DNA of 64,000 nt from Alphaproteobacteria bacterium. Its GTDB lineage: Bacteria; Pseudomonadota; Alphaproteobacteria; UBA2966. The translations under genes and the position numbers were made by a program. The stretch covers positions 288,001-352,000 of the forward strand of contig OZ219858.1 of NCBI GenBank assembly GCA_964291395.2, read 5' to 3'. Under the pieces are notes generated by a model. It searched no databases. It was not told the DNA's origin and saw nothing but the letters and a program-made list of their open reading frames with translations. How positions within the stretch are numbered: position 1 is the first letter of the stretch; each line of letters starts with the position of its first letter. Of this stretch, positions 13,233 through 26,302 are shown one piece after another.

Positions 13233-14642
13233 ATGAGCGACGACAGTTTCGATCTCGTGATCATCGGCGGCGGCCCGGGCGGGTACGTGGCGGCGATTCG
13301 CGCGGCCCAACTCGGGATGAAGACGGCCTGTGTCGAGGCCCGAAAGACCTTGGGGGGGACCTGTCTGAATGTGGGTTGCATACCCTCGAAGGCACTCCTG
13401 TACTCATCGGAGCTGTTCGCCGAAGCACAGCACACTCTCTCCGATCACGGCGTCAAGACGGGCGGCGTCGAGCTCGACCTGAAGACCATGATGGCCCGAA
13501 AGAACAACGTCGTGGAGGACCTGACGAAGGGCATCGAGTTTCTGTTCAAGAAGAACAAGGTCGATTCCGTTCAGGGCTTCGGCAAGATCACCGCACCCGG
13601 GAAAGTGGAGGTCAAATCCGCCGAGGGCGCCAAGAAGACATTGAACGGCACCAAGATCCTCATCGCTACGGGATCCGAAGTGGCACCGCTTTCCGGCGTC
13701 GAGATCGATGAGAAGCAGATTGTGTCGTCCACCGGCGCACTGTCGCTCAGCGCCGTGCCAGAGCGCATGGTGGTCGTCGGCGCCGGCTACATCGGTCTCG
13801 AGCTGGGATCTGTTTGGCGGCGCCTCGGCGCCGAAGTCACGGTCGTGGAGTACCTCGACCGGATCACACCGGGTATGGACGGTGAGCTTTCAAAGAATCT
13901 GCAACGGCTTCTCACCAGGCAAGGGCTTTCCTTCAGGCTCAGTACCAAGGTCGCCGCGGCCAAGAAGATGCGCGGCGGTGTGGATCTAAGTATCGAGCCG
14001 GCGACCGGCGGGAAGAGCGAGAAGCTCAATGCCGACGTCGTGCTGGTTTCGGTCGGACGACGGCCGAACACCGAGGGGCTTGGGCTCGAAGACGTTGGAG
14101 TCGAGCGCGACAACCATGGATTTGTCACGGTGGACGCGCACTTCAGAACGAGCGTCGATGGGATCTACGCCATCGGCGATGCAATACCTGGTCCCATGCT
14201 GGCCCACAAGGCCGAAGAGGATGGCGTGGCCTGCGTCGAGACGATGGCGGGGAGTACCGGTCACGTCGACTACGACCTCATTCCGGGAGTCATTTACACG
14301 TGGCCCGAAGCCGCGTCCGTGGGTAAGTCTGAAGAAGCGCTGAAGGAGGAAGGAGCCGAATACACCGTCGGCAGGTTCCCCTTCATGGCCAACAGCCGCA
14401 GCCGGACGACCGGTGACACCGACGGCATGGTCAAGATCTTGGCTGACAAGAAGACTGACCGCGTGCTCGGCGTTCACATCATCGGCGCCGAGGCAGGCAC
14501 GTTGATCCACGAGGCGGTGACCGCCATGGTATACGGCGCTTCGTCCGAGGACATCGCCCGCACCTGTCACGCCCATCCGACGCTCGCAGAGGCGATCAAG
14601 GAAGCGGCACTCGATGCACAGGAACGCGCGATCCACATCTAG
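13233..14642 (+). CDS. lpdA: Dihydrolipoyl dehydrogenase (E3)
   Basis: GGGPGGY, GGTCLNVGCIPSK, GAGYIGLE, HAHPTLAE. Confidence 0.97.
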   Translation: MSDDSFDLVIIGGGPGGYVAAIRAAQLGMKTACVEARKTLGGTCLNVGCIPSKALLYSSELFAEAQHTLSDHGVKTGGVELDLKTMMARKNNVVEDLTKGIEFLFKKNKVDSVQGFGKITAPGKVEVKSAEGAKKTLNGTKILIATGSEVAPLSGVEIDEKQIVSSTGALSLSAVPERMVVVGAGYIGLELGSVWRRLGAEVTVVEYLDRITPGMDGELSKNLQRLLTRQGLSFRLSTKVAAAKKMRGGVDLSIEPATGGKSEKLNADVVLVSVGRRPNTEGLGLEDVGVERDNHGFVTVDAHFRTSVDGIYAIGDAIPGPMLAHKAEEDGVACVETMAGSTGHVDYDLIPGVIYTWPEAASVGKSEEALKEEGAEYTVGRFPFMANSRSRTTGDTDGMVKILADKKTDRVLGVHIIGAEAGTLIHEAVTAMVYGASSEDIARTCHAHPTLAEAIKEAALDAQERAIHI

Positions 14643-14649
14643 CAGCGAT

Positions 14650-14688
14650 CGTTTGGGGTGGGGTCGGACCTGATGTCCGACCCAAACG
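14650..14688. repeat. Inverted repeat (hairpin) just after lpdA; terminator or REP-like
   Basis: GGGTCGGAC-ctgat-GTCCGACCC core; CGTTTGGG...CCCAAACG alternative outer pairing. No clear U-tract. Confidence 0.5.
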
Positions 14689-14784
14689 AATCGAATTCCT
14701 CCTTGGTTTCTTCTCTGCAAGGCGTACTTGCATTCGAGGACAAAGAGTTCCGGCTCTTCACCAGCGCGATAAATCGGTGAAGTC

Positions 14785-16002
14785 ATGCGCCATCTGAGCG
14801 GCCCGTCCCTGATCGTCGCCATGTGCCTTGCCGAGATCATCGGCATGGCGAGTTTCGCCATGTTTCCTGCCTTGATGCCGGGCTTCATTTCAGAATGGGC
14901 ACTCACGAACACCGAAGCTGGCTGGATCAACGGGATGTATCTCGCCGGATACACGGTGGCGGTGCCGGTCCTAGTCAGCATGACGGACCGTGTGGACCCG
15001 CGCCGGGTTTACCTTGTCTCCGCGACCGTGACGGCCGTGTCAGCGTTTGGCTTCGCCTTTCTGGCGAATGGATTCTGGTCGGCTCTGATTCTGCGAACGT
15101 TGGCCGGCATCGGGCTGGCCGGCACCTACATGCCCGGACTCAAGGCGCTGAGCGACCAACTCGAAGGGACCGCTCAGAGCCGCGCCGTCGCCGTTTACAC
15201 GGCTAGTTTCGGCATAGGTGCCAGCTTCTCGTTTGCCATTTCGGGAGAGATAGCTCATTGGCTCGACTGGCAAGGTGCTTTCGCCGTCGGCGGGATCTGC
15301 GCAGGCTTGGCGCTTCTCATCATTGCGGCGGTTCTCGCTCCGGTGCCGGTAAAACACATGGAGCCGCAAAGTCACCTGTTGGATTTCCGACCGGTGCTCC
15401 GCAACCGGCCCGCGATGGGCTATGTGCTGGCGTACACCGCCCACAACTGGGAACTCTTCGGTCTACGTTCGTGGGTCGTCGCGTTCCTGGTCTACGCTCA
15501 GTCACTCCAATCGGATGATGCGTCCTGGTGGAGTCCGCCTCTGATCGCCGCGGCTATCAATCTCATTGGTTGGCCCGCCAGCGTGTTGGGCAACGAACTC
15601 GCCGTTCGCTTCGGTCGTCAGCGGTTAGTGATCCTGGTAATGACGGCATCGGCCATCTATGCCTGCGGCTTCGGATTCACGGCTTCCCTTCCCTTCGTCG
15701 TGATCGTCGCTCTCTCGCTCCTCTACGGCATCACGATCACCGGCGATTCCGCCTCGATTACTGCGGGTGTTGTCGCAACCGCCCATCCGGATCATCGCGG
15801 CGCGACCATGGCCGTCCACTCGTGCATCGGATTTGCCGGGGCAAGTGCCGGCCCCATCGTGTTCGGGGTCGTCCTCGACGCAACGGGAGGCGCATCGAGT
15901 TCTCTTGCCTGGGGACTGGCGTTCGCGACGATGGGTCTTGGCGCCGCGATGGGACCGGTGGCCGTCGCGCTCCTGTCGCGCGAGAGGGGCCGGCGCGCGT
16001 AG
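14785..16002 (+). CDS. MFS transporter
   Basis: ~12 hydrophobic segments, MFS loop motif SMTDRVDPRRVY, RTLAGIGLAGTYMPG. 405 aa. Confidence 0.88.
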   Translation: MRHLSGPSLIVAMCLAEIIGMASFAMFPALMPGFISEWALTNTEAGWINGMYLAGYTVAVPVLVSMTDRVDPRRVYLVSATVTAVSAFGFAFLANGFWSALILRTLAGIGLAGTYMPGLKALSDQLEGTAQSRAVAVYTASFGIGASFSFAISGEIAHWLDWQGAFAVGGICAGLALLIIAAVLAPVPVKHMEPQSHLLDFRPVLRNRPAMGYVLAYTAHNWELFGLRSWVVAFLVYAQSLQSDDASWWSPPLIAAAINLIGWPASVLGNELAVRFGRQRLVILVMTASAIYACGFGFTASLPFVVIVALSLLYGITITGDSASITAGVVATAHPDHRGATMAVHSCIGFAGASAGPIVFGVVLDATGGASSSLAWGLAFATMGLGAAMGPVAVALLSRERGRRA

Positions 16003-16017
16003 CGGCCCACTTTCCGA

Positions 16018-16980
16018 TCAAGCCTGCCGGAGTCTGGCGCTGGGGTGGGCCCGGTCATATACCTTGAGGAGACGGTCCGCATCGACCTCCGTATACCGCT
16101 GCGTGGTGGAGAGAGATGCGTGACCGAGCAGTTCCTGGATCGTACGGAGGTCGCCGCCATCGGACAGCAGATGGGTTGCGAAGCTGTGACGCAATGCATG
16201 CGGGGTAGCGGTTTCGGGCAGGCCTAGCAGGCCGCGCAGGCGACGGACCTGCCGTTGGATAATGCCGGGATCGAGTCGGCGTCCGCGTTTTCCGACGAAC
16301 AGAGGATCGTCGTCACCCAACTCGAACGGGCAGGAGTCGATATAATCGTCGATCGCGTCACGCACGACTCTCAGCACGGGGACCATACGTTCCTTGCCGC
16401 CTTTTCCCGTGATGACAAGCATGTCACCGCTTGGCCTGTCACGCTGGTTGAGGGAAAGGGCTTCCGAGATGCGTAACCCGCAGCCATACAGCAGGATCAG
16501 AACAGCGGCATCGCGTTTTCCCAGCCAGGACTCTTCCTGCAACTGCGCGACGTCGTGCACGGAGTCCGTCGCTTGCGCAACGGAGAGCGGTTTCGGGACG
16601 CCATGAGGCCGCTTTGGGGTCCGAACGGCACCGACCGCCGGGTTGTGGACCCGGTCGGTACGCTCAAGGAACTTGAAGAGACTGCGGATGGCGGACATCG
16701 CGCGGGCGAGCGACGCATTGGACAGACCTTCGCTTCGCCGCTTCGCCAGATAGCTGCGAAAGTCCGCCGGCTTCAGGTTCGCGAGATCGCTCAGGCCAGC
16801 CGGCCCTCCCAGATGCTCCGCGAGAAAGCGCATAAACGCCCGAACGTCACGACCATAGGACTCGGTCGTGCGTTGCGCCGTCCGACGTTCCGACTTGAGC
16901 CACTGGTGCCAATCCCGCACGGCATCGCGAAGATCCGTGCCAGCAGGGACCTCGCTCAGGATGTAGGCAGATCGAGCCAT
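16018..16980 (-). CDS. xerC: Tyrosine recombinase XerC
   Basis: LLYGCGLRISE, GKGGKER, TPHALRHSFATHLL, LLGHASLSTTQRYT. Conserved DUF484-xerC context. Confidence 0.92.
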   Translation of the reverse strand: MARSAYILSEVPAGTDLRDAVRDWHQWLKSERRTAQRTTESYGRDVRAFMRFLAEHLGGPAGLSDLANLKPADFRSYLAKRRSEGLSNASLARAMSAIRSLFKFLERTDRVHNPAVGAVRTPKRPHGVPKPLSVAQATDSVHDVAQLQEESWLGKRDAAVLILLYGCGLRISEALSLNQRDRPSGDMLVITGKGGKERMVPVLRVVRDAIDDYIDSCPFELGDDDPLFVGKRGRRLDPGIIQRQVRRLRGLLGLPETATPHALRHSFATHLLSDGGDLRTIQELLGHASLSTTQRYTEVDADRLLKVYDRAHPSARLRQA

Positions 16981-17675
16981 CCTCTGAGGCACTGTGCGAC
17001 GACACGACCCAGAAAGCACAGGAGTTCCGTTCCGTGGCCCGGATGGAAGCGCCCACGCTCGCGAGACCCCAGAGCGAGAACGGCCAACGGAGCCATGTTG
17101 TTGAGCCGTAGGCGTATCAGGGCCGACGATTTCACCAGGGTCGCGGCACTACCAAAAAGGTTGAGTACCGCGCCTTCGTCTTCGTGAAGGACGATATCGC
17201 GGTCTTCACCTAGGATCTCGTCGATGCATCCCTGGTGAACTACGAAAACCCCGTCCGTTCCCGCGACCTTGGCTGGGGCCGAGTCCGACTCCACGCAAAG
17301 CGTGACGACGTCGACGTCGAGCAGATTCGTAAGGTCCGTGGTGACGACTTCGATCAGATGCTCGAAAGTCCGCGCCTCCAACAGCGCCAGCACCGCGAAA
17401 TGGACCCGGGCCTGGCTCATCATGTTGCTACGCGAGGCGGCGATCAGGTCCTGTTGTTCTGATCGCAACGCGGCAACCTGTTTCTGTAACCGATCGATCA
17501 TGTAGTGCTGCATATCGAGCACACCTTCACCCCGTCGGTGGGTTGGGGGCGTCAGCTCGGTGAGCAGATCGGGATGTGCCGTCAGGAAATCCGGGTTGTC
17601 CGACAGGTACTGCAAGACCTCGTCGGATCGCAGTACGAATTCGCGTGAAGTTGCCTGGTCAGGCCTCGAACTCAT
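16956..17675 (-). CDS. DUF484 family protein
   Basis: VLQYLSDNPDFL, LALGSRERGRFHPGHGTELLCFL. Immediately upstream of xerC. Confidence 0.85.
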   Translation of the reverse strand: MSSRPDQATSREFVLRSDEVLQYLSDNPDFLTAHPDLLTELTPPTHRRGEGVLDMQHYMIDRLQKQVAALRSEQQDLIAASRSNMMSQARVHFAVLALLEARTFEHLIEVVTTDLTNLLDVDVVTLCVESDSAPAKVAGTDGVFVVHQGCIDEILGEDRDIVLHEDEGAVLNLFGSAATLVKSSALIRLRLNNMAPLAVLALGSRERGRFHPGHGTELLCFLGRVVAQCLRGWLDLPTS

Positions 17676-17685
17676 ACCGAGACGC

Positions 17686-18348
17686 TCACGCGCTGCAGAT
17701 ATTCTGGCCAGTCTTCTGCCAGTCAGCCAGGAATGCCGCGAGGCCCTTGTCCGTCAGGGGATGGGCAACGAGCTTTTTGATGACAGCGGGTGGGCACGTG
17801 CAGACATCGGCCCCGATACGTGCGGCCTCCGCCACGTGTCCCGGATGGCGAACGGAAGCGACCAGGATCTCGGTGGTCAGGTTCGAATAGCGGTCGTAGA
17901 TAGTGCGGATGTCGTCGATCAGTTGCATGCCTTCGTGACCGATATCATCGAGCCTGCCGACGAAGGGCGAGATGAACATGGCGCCTGCCTTGGCAGCCAA
18001 TAGCGCCTGAACCGGAGCGAAGCAGAGCGTCACGTTGACCCCGATACCCTCGCCCGACAGCGTCTTGCAGGCCTTGAGGCCATCCCACGTCAGCGGCACC
18101 TTGACCACGATGTTGTCGGCAACCTTGGCGAGCTTACGTCCCTCGGTCAGCATGGCCTCGAACCCGGTCGCCGTCACTTCGGCACTAACGGGCCCTTCCA
18201 CGACCGAGCAGATCTCCCGCAGCACATCAAAAAAATCCCTCCCGGTTTGAGAGACGAGGGAGGGGTTGGTGGTCACGCCGTCAAGCAATCCGGTCGCTGC
18301 GAGGTCGCGGATTTCATCGGTATCCGCAGTGTCCACGAAAAACTTCAT
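17686..18348 (-). CDS. fsa: Transaldolase / fructose-6-phosphate aldolase (short type)
   Basis: [39 protein letters not shown]. Confidence 0.93.
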   Translation of the reverse strand: MKFFVDTADTDEIRDLAATGLLDGVTTNPSLVSQTGRDFFDVLREICSVVEGPVSAEVTATGFEAMLTEGRKLAKVADNIVVKVPLTWDGLKACKTLSGEGIGVNVTLCFAPVQALLAAKAGAMFISPFVGRLDDIGHEGMQLIDDIRTIYDRYSNLTTEILVASVRHPGHVAEAARIGADVCTCPPAVIKKLVAHPLTDKGLAAFLADWQKTGQNICSA

Positions 18349-18437
18349 ACGCCTCGTTCCGTTAATGCCATCGCCGTGAAACCACTCCCGGCTCGGAGTG
18401 CTTGTGAGACCCCGACCTCGGGGGCACAGTGTAGACC

Positions 18438-20672
18438 ATGGGGACAGCCCGCACCAGAAACGACGCCTCCGGCAACGCGGAAACAGTACGGGAATTCCGT
18501 GCCTTTCATGAAGGTGATCGGGTCAGCGTTCTGCTGCCCTTGCCGCTCGGCGGCGCGTACGACTATGTGGTACCTCCCGGCTTGAACTTGGGCGAAGGGG
18601 ACTTCATCACGGTTCCACTAGGTTCCAGAGAGGTGAACGGCGTGGTGTGGGGGCCGGGCGATTGGGACGTCGATGCCCGAAAGCTCCGCCAAGTGACGGG
18701 ACGTCATGACCTTCCCTCACTCTCGGCGGACGCCCGCGCGTTCATCGAGTGGGTCGCTGCTTACACACTGGCGCCCACGGGCGCCGTGCTCCGCATGGCC
18801 ATGAGTGTTCGATCTGTCTTCAAACCCACTGCTCCCCGCGTTGCCTACCGGCTTTCCGGGCCCCCTCCCGATCGGATGACCAAGGCCCGCCAGCGGGTCA
18901 TCGCCTTGCTAAAGGACGGCCCCCCGCGCACGCTTGCGGATATCTGCGAGGCCGCCGCTGTAGGTGCCTCGGTGGTGCGTAGCCTTGCGGACGGCACCAC
19001 GCTCAGGCGACTCATTTTGCTGGAGGACGCGGGATTCAAGACGCCCGACATCGCGCGGGCGGGGGTTCAACTCACGGGTGACCAAGCAGACGCGGTCGCC
19101 GCGTTGAATGAGCGTCTCGCCACCGACGAATTCAACGTCACGGTGATCGACGGTGTGCCGGGGTCCGGAAAGACGGAGGTCTATCTGGAGGGAATTGCAT
19201 CGACACTACGTCGCGGGCGCCAAGCCCTGGTCTTGCTTCCCGAGATCGCGCTGACGGCCCGCTGGTTGGAAAGGTTCGAGGCGCGGTTCGGCGTGCGGCC
19301 CGCGCATTGGCATTCGGAATTGACCCAGTCGAAGCGTCGTCGGACATGGCGCGCCGTGGCAAGCGGAGCGGCGCGCGTCGTCGTCGGCGCGCGGTCGGCA
19401 TTGTTCCTGCCCTTTCCCGAGCTTGGTTTCATCATCGTCGATGAGGAGCACGATCCATCCTACAAGCAGGAAGACGGCACTATCTACAATGCTCGGGATA
19501 TGGCGGTAGCCCGCGGACATTTGTCCAACTTTCCCGTGGCTCTGGTCTCGGCGACATCCTCTCTGGAGACAATCGTCAACATGGGGAACGGGCGCTACGG
19601 ATGCATCCATCTTCCTCAACGACATGGTACGGCCGGTCCGCCGCGCGTCGAGGCGGTCGACATGCGTGGCGTTGATCTGCCCGCCGGCTCGTGGCTGTCA
19701 CCGGAACTTGCCGCGGCGATACGCGAGACACTGACCGCGGAGGAACAGGTGATGCTGTTCTTGAACCGCCGCGGCTACGCTCCGCTGACGCTTTGTCGCA
19801 ACTGCGGGTTTCGCTTCAAATGTCCGAACTGCTCGGCTTGGTTGGTGGAGCATCGCCGCGTAGGAAGTCTGATGTGCCACCATTGCGGCCTGTCGCTCTG
19901 CTTTCCCGAGTCCTGTCCCGAATGCGGCGCGGACAACCGGTTCGCCGCGTGCGGACCCGGCATCGAGCGCTTGGCAGACGAAGTTCAGGTGCATTTTCCC
20001 GACGCGCGCCTCGAAATCGTCGCAAGCGACACCCTTGCAGGACCGAGGGCGATCCAGGAACTGATTGCACGAATCGAAGATCAAGAAGTCGATATCCTGA
20101 TCGGCACGCAGGTTCTCGCCAAAGGTCACCATTTTCCGATGCTGACGCTGGCGGGCGTCATCGATGCTGATCTCGGCCTCGACGGCGGAGACTTGCGCGC
20201 GGCGGAACGCACCTACCAACTGCTCTATCAGGTGGCTGGCCGCGCCGGCCGGGCTGAACGGCCGGGCCGCGTCCTTCTGCAGACCTATCTTCCCGATCAT
20301 CCGGTGATGGCCGCGCTTGTATCCGGAGATCGTCAAGCGTTCCTGGATCGTGAAAAGGAGGCGCGGCAGCGTGCGGGCATGCCGCCCTTTGGGCGTCTGG
20401 CATCATTGATTGTGTCCGGTCGTGACGAGCGTGCCGCTTCCGATGTCGCACGTCGCCTCGGCAGTGCGGCGCCACACGGTGAAGGCATCTCAGTCCTTGG
20501 TCCGGCTCCCGCACCGCTATCCGTGCTCCGGGGCATGTACCGATTTCGTTTGCTTCTCAAGGTAGCGCGCAACATCCCAGTTCAAAAACTTGTCCGCAGT
20601 TGGCTGGGCACGGTTTCCTGTCCATCCAATGTCCGCATTCAAGTCGACATCGACCCGTACTCGTTCCTATGA
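18438..20672 (+). CDS. priA: Primosomal protein N'
   Basis: [34 protein letters not shown], Cys-rich CxxC region, DIDPYSFL end. Confidence 0.95.
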   Translation: MGTARTRNDASGNAETVREFRAFHEGDRVSVLLPLPLGGAYDYVVPPGLNLGEGDFITVPLGSREVNGVVWGPGDWDVDARKLRQVTGRHDLPSLSADARAFIEWVAAYTLAPTGAVLRMAMSVRSVFKPTAPRVAYRLSGPPPDRMTKARQRVIALLKDGPPRTLADICEAAAVGASVVRSLADGTTLRRLILLEDAGFKTPDIARAGVQLTGDQADAVAALNERLATDEFNVTVIDGVPGSGKTEVYLEGIASTLRRGRQALVLLPEIALTARWLERFEARFGVRPAHWHSELTQSKRRRTWRAVASGAARVVVGARSALFLPFPELGFIIVDEEHDPSYKQEDGTIYNARDMAVARGHLSNFPVALVSATSSLETIVNMGNGRYGCIHLPQRHGTAGPPRVEAVDMRGVDLPAGSWLSPELAAAIRETLTAEEQVMLFLNRRGYAPLTLCRNCGFRFKCPNCSAWLVEHRRVGSLMCHHCGLSLCFPESCPECGADNRFAACGPGIERLADEVQVHFPDARLEIVASDTLAGPRAIQELIARIEDQEVDILIGTQVLAKGHHFPMLTLAGVIDADLGLDGGDLRAAERTYQLLYQVAGRAGRAERPGRVLLQTYLPDHPVMAALVSGDRQAFLDREKEARQRAGMPPFGRLASLIVSGRDERAASDVARRLGSAAPHGEGISVLGPAPAPLSVLRGMYRFRLLLKVARNIPVQKLVRSWLGTVSCPSNVRIQVDIDPYSFL

Positions 20673-20737
20673 CTTCGGGCACTGTGATTTCGTCGGGGAC
20701 ACTGTTTTTGGGATCCCCGATACCAGTTGTGCGGCAG

Positions 20738-20766
20738 TTGCAAGGGCAATACCGGTGTGCTAGGAA
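20738..20766 (+). promoter_or_regulatory. Putative sigma70 promoter of the atpHAGDC operon
   Basis: TTGCAA-N17-TAGGAA ~100 nt upstream of atpH. IHF-consensus match AATCAATAAATTA at 20824-20836. Confidence 0.35.
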
Positions 20767-20869
20767 ACGCGCGCCTCGACGGCGGACTTTAGAGAATGTG
20801 CCGCTACGAAGAATGATCAATTAAATCAATAAATTAGCCCGCACAATCGGGCTTCACGGAAAGTCCGAA

Positions 20870-21430
20870 TTGGTCAGCCAAGCAAGCATCGTTTCCGGCA
20901 TTGCAGGGCGTTACGCATCAGCGCTTTTCGACCTTGCTCGTGAGGAGAGCGCGTTGGACGACGTCGCTGGCGATCTCGAAGCCGTCGACGCGATGATCGC
21001 CGGGAGCCCGGATCTGATTCGCCTCGTGCGTAGCCCTGTGATCTCTCGTGAGGATCAGGGCCGGGCCATCGGCGCGGTGCTGGAGGCCGCCGATGTCGCG
21101 GCCCTCGTGCGCCGGTTCGTCGGCCTCGTGGCGCGAAATCGACGCCTGTTCGCGCTCCGCGACATGGTCGCGGCCTACCGGATCTTGCTGTCTGATTACC
21201 GGGGCCAGACTACCGCTAAGGTCACGTCGGCGCGCCCGCTGACGGACGAGCAGATCGCGCGGATCACATCGAAACTCGCGGGCGGTGTTGATCAAAACGT
21301 ATCGCTGACCGCCGACGTTGATGAGAACTTACTGGGCGGTCTCGTCGTCCGCATCGGCTCGCGTATGGTCGACAGCTCCCTCAAGACCAAGCTTCAAAGA
21401 ATTCAGACCGCCATGAAAGAGGTTGGCTAA
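20870..21430 (+). CDS. atpH: ATP synthase F1 delta subunit
   Basis: [43 protein letters not shown] start. Confidence 0.95.
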   Translation: MVSQASIVSGIAGRYASALFDLAREESALDDVAGDLEAVDAMIAGSPDLIRLVRSPVISREDQGRAIGAVLEAADVAALVRRFVGLVARNRRLFALRDMVAAYRILLSDYRGQTTAKVTSARPLTDEQIARITSKLAGGVDQNVSLTADVDENLLGGLVVRIGSRMVDSSLKTKLQRIQTAMKEVG

Positions 21431-22959
21431 TGGATATTCGTGCCGCCGAGATCTCGTCGATTCTGAAATCACAAATAGAGAACTTCGGCGCCGAAGCCGA
21501 AGTCTCAGAGGTAGGGCAGGTCCTTTCCGTTGGTGACGGAATCGCGCGCGTTTACGGTCTCGATCAGGTCCAGGCCGGTGAGATGGTCGAATTTCCCGGA
21601 GGCATTCGGGGAATGGCGCTCAATCTTGAGAGCGACAATGTGGGTGTCGTCATCTTCGGCGAGGATCGCACCATCCGCGAAGGCGACACGGTCAAGCGTA
21701 CCGGAACCATCGTCGACGTACCAGTGGGGAAGAACCTGCTGGGTCGCGTGCTCGATGCGTTGGGCAATCCGATCGATGGCAAGGGTCCCGCAGAGGCGGC
21801 CGAACGCCGCCGTGTCGAGGTAAAGGCACCAGGCATCATCCCGCGCAAGTCGGTCCATGAACCGATGCAGACCGGCTTGAAGGCTCTCGACAGTCTGGTC
21901 CCCATTGGGCGCGGGCAGCGTGAACTCATCATTGGCGATCGCCAGACCGGAAAGACCGCGGTCGCCATCGACACCATCATCAATCAGAAGGCGATCAACG
22001 AGGGCGACGACGAATCTCGCAAGCTGTATTGCATCTACGTCGCGGTGGGCCAGAAACGTTCGACCGTTGCGCAGGTGGTAAAGGCCTTGGAGGACGCGGG
22101 CGCCATGGACTACACGACCGTGGTTGCGGCGACGGCGTCCGAGCCGGCACCGCTACAGTTCCTGGCGCCCTACACCGGCTGCACGATGGGTGAGTATTTT
22201 CGAGATAACGGTATGCACGCACTCATCATCTATGACGATCTCTCCAAGCAGGCGACGGCCTACCGGCAGATGTCACTCCTGCTGCGGCGCCCGCCCGGTC
22301 GCGAGGCGTTTCCGGGTGATGTGTTTTACCTGCATTCCCGCCTCCTGGAGCGCGCCGCAAAGCTGAACGACGACGAGGGGGCAGGATCGCTGACGGCTTT
22401 GCCCGTGATCGAGACACAGGCGAACGACGTGTCGGCCTACATTCCAACCAATGTCATCTCCATCACCGACGGACAGATCTTCCTTGAGACGGACCTGTTC
22501 TACCAGGGCATCCGCCCGGCCATTAACGTCGGGATCAGCGTGAGCCGAGTGGGATCAGCAGCCCAGATCAAGGCCATGAAGCAGGTTGCAGGCAGTATCA
22601 AGCTCGAACTGGCTCAATATCGTGAGATGGCGGCGTTTGCTCAGTTCGGATCGGACCTCGACGCTGCGACCCAGCGGCTGTTGAATCGGGGCGCGCGTCT
22701 CACGGAGTTGTTGAAACAGCCCCAGTATCAGCCTTTGCCGGTGGAAGAGCAGGTCGTTTCGATCTTCGCAGGCGTCAACGGTTACCTGGACGGCATTCCC
22801 GTCGAATCGGTAACGGACTTCGAGGAGAAGTTCCTGGCCGAGGTGCGGGCTCAGAATGGCGATATTTTGGACGCCGTCCGATCGGAACGGGAAATCTCCA
22901 ACGCTACCGAAGAAAAGTTGAGGAACATTCTGGCCGATTTCGCCCGGAAATATGCCTAG
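21430..22959 (+). CDS. atpA: ATP synthase F1 alpha subunit
   Basis: [40 protein letters not shown]. Confidence 0.98.
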   Translation: MDIRAAEISSILKSQIENFGAEAEVSEVGQVLSVGDGIARVYGLDQVQAGEMVEFPGGIRGMALNLESDNVGVVIFGEDRTIREGDTVKRTGTIVDVPVGKNLLGRVLDALGNPIDGKGPAEAAERRRVEVKAPGIIPRKSVHEPMQTGLKALDSLVPIGRGQRELIIGDRQTGKTAVAIDTIINQKAINEGDDESRKLYCIYVAVGQKRSTVAQVVKALEDAGAMDYTTVVAATASEPAPLQFLAPYTGCTMGEYFRDNGMHALIIYDDLSKQATAYRQMSLLLRRPPGREAFPGDVFYLHSRLLERAAKLNDDEGAGSLTALPVIETQANDVSAYIPTNVISITDGQIFLETDLFYQGIRPAINVGISVSRVGSAAQIKAMKQVAGSIKLELAQYREMAAFAQFGSDLDAATQRLLNRGARLTELLKQPQYQPLPVEEQVVSIFAGVNGYLDGIPVESVTDFEEKFLAEVRAQNGDILDAVRSEREISNATEEKLRNILADFARKYA

Positions 22960-23004
22960 GCGTCCCGCGAGGCGATTCCGAACAATTCGATGGATTGATG
23001 GTTC

Positions 23005-23895
23005 ATGGCGAGCCTTAAGAACCTCCGGGTTCGGATCAATAGTGTCCGCTCCACACAGAAGATTACCCGAGCCATGCAAATGGTCGCGGCCTCCAAGTTG
23101 CGCCGCGCGCAGGAGCAGGCGGAGGCGGGCCGGCCATACGCCAATCACATGCGGCGCATGATGGTGTCGCTGACTGCCGCGTTGACGAATCCCGATGATG
23201 CACCCGTTCTCATGGTCGGCCGCGGAGAAGCGAAGACACACTTTTTAGTGGTGGCGTCGTCCGAGCGAGGATTGTGCGGCAGCTTCAATACCAACATCGT
23301 GCGGCGCGCCCGTCAGCGAGCCACAGCGCTCCTCCAGTCCGGCAACAAGGTCAAGATTCTCTGTATCGGCAAGAAGGGCCGCGACATGCTGCGCCGCGAC
23401 CTCGGCGACCACATCGTCGATACCATCGACATGTCGGGCGTGCGGCGGCTGAGCTTTGGAGATGCAGCGCCGATCGCGCGGCGCATCACCGAGATGTTCG
23501 AGGCCGAAGAGTTCGACGTGTGCACATTGTTCTACAGCCACTTCAAGTCGGTGCTCTCCCAGGAGGTGACGGAGCATCAGTTGATACCGGTCGGCATGCC
23601 CGAGGCATCGCAAGAAGATGCCCGCGTGGAAGGCACGGATGCGATGTACGAATACGAGCCCGAAGAGGATGAAATCCTCGAAGATCTGCTGCCGCGCAAC
23701 GTGGCGGTCCAGATTTACCATGCCTTGCTGGAGAACGCCGCAAGTGAACAAGGCGCGCGGATGACGGCCATGGATAATGCCACACGCAATGCGGGTGAGA
23801 TGATTGACAGGCTGACCCTTGTTTACAATCGCACCCGCCAAGCGATGATCACGAAGGAACTCATTGAGATTATTTCGGGGGCGGAGGCCCTTTGA
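23005..23895 (+). CDS. atpG: ATP synthase F1 gamma subunit
   Basis: [54 protein letters not shown]. Confidence 0.98.
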   Translation: MASLKNLRVRINSVRSTQKITRAMQMVAASKLRRAQEQAEAGRPYANHMRRMMVSLTAALTNPDDAPVLMVGRGEAKTHFLVVASSERGLCGSFNTNIVRRARQRATALLQSGNKVKILCIGKKGRDMLRRDLGDHIVDTIDMSGVRRLSFGDAAPIARRITEMFEAEEFDVCTLFYSHFKSVLSQEVTEHQLIPVGMPEASQEDARVEGTDAMYEYEPEEDEILEDLLPRNVAVQIYHALLENAASEQGARMTAMDNATRNAGEMIDRLTLVYNRTRQAMITKELIEIISGAEAL

Positions 23896-23927
23896 GTGGT
23901 AGGGCAACCCGCGTCTCCACTCGGTAG

Positions 23928-25376
<1,449 letters not shown>

Positions 25377-25393
25377 GACTTGGGATCGCGCAC

Positions 25394-25795
25394 ATGACTG
25401 AAAAGCTCGAACTCGAACTCGTTTCGCCCGAGCGGCTCCTCGTTTCGGCCGAGGCCGATATGGTCGTCGTTCCGGGCAGCGAAGGCGATTTCGGCGTGCT
25501 GTCGGGCCACGCGCCGGTGATTTCGTCGGTTCGGCCGGGTGTCATCGAGGTGCACGACGAGGACAAGGAAACGGAGCGCATTTTCATAACGGGCGGTTTC
25601 GCCGAGGTGACGGCCGAAGGCCTTACGGTATTGGCGGAGGAAGCCATTCCCGTAGCCGAGATGGACCGCGAGGACCTCGAACAACGCCTGAGAAATGCCG
25701 AGGAAGACCTCGAAGATGCGGAGACGGACGAGGCGACGCACAGGGCGCAGGCCACAATCGTGCTGTTGACGGAGATGCTAAAAGCCGTGGCCTAA
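25394..25795 (+). CDS. atpC: ATP synthase F1 epsilon subunit
   Basis: ELVSPE, PGSEGDFGVLSGHAP, GGFAEV. Last gene of the F1 operon. Confidence 0.95.
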   Translation: MTEKLELELVSPERLLVSAEADMVVVPGSEGDFGVLSGHAPVISSVRPGVIEVHDEDKETERIFITGGFAEVTAEGLTVLAEEAIPVAEMDREDLEQRLRNAEEDLEDAETDEATHRAQATIVLLTEMLKAVA

Positions 25796-25802
25796 CCGGC
25801 TG

Positions 25803-26294
25803 TTAGGTCGATCCATCCCGCCGGAGCTGACCCAGGGCACCCGAGAACTCCGCAAGGACATCCTCGTAGACGCTTCGTTTGAACTCCACGATCAGGGTGA
25901 GGAGCTCCTCGGGCTCAATCCATTTCCACTCGTCGAATTCAGCGTTGTGCGCATCAAGCATGATGTCGTCATCGGAACCGGTAAATTTGAACAAGAACCA
26001 TTTCTGACGCTGGCCTCTATAGCGGCACTTCCAGGCTTTCTTCTTCAAGTCGGCGGGAAAGTCGTAAGTCAGCCAACAGTCACTCTCTGCGACGATCTCC
26101 ACCTTGTTCGTGCCAACTTCTTCCTCAAGCTCGCGTCGGGCCGCCGACGTTGGCGTTTCTCCCTTGTCGATGCCGCCCTGCGGCATTTGCCAGGCGGGCG
26201 GATCGATGTCGCTTCGACGGGCGACCAGAACTCGCCCCTCTGGGTTCACCAGCATCATGCCGACGCCGGTCCTGTAGGAGAGATCGTCCGTCAT
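25803..26294 (-). CDS. rppH: RNA pyrophosphohydrolase (Nudix)
   Basis: YRTGVG, WQMPQGGIDKGE...ARRELEEEVG Nudix box, YRGQRQKWF, IVEFKRSVY. Confidence 0.93.
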   Translation of the reverse strand: MTDDLSYRTGVGMMLVNPEGRVLVARRSDIDPPAWQMPQGGIDKGETPTSAARRELEEEVGTNKVEIVAESDCWLTYDFPADLKKKAWKCRYRGQRQKWFLFKFTGSDDDIMLDAHNAEFDEWKWIEPEELLTLIVEFKRSVYEDVLAEFSGALGQLRRDGST

Positions 26295-26302
26295 GTTGGT
26301 TG

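Noticed and set aside
16018-16980. Tyrosine recombinase as a mobile-element integrase
   Set aside because: Sequence and DUF484/priA/lpdA context match housekeeping XerC.
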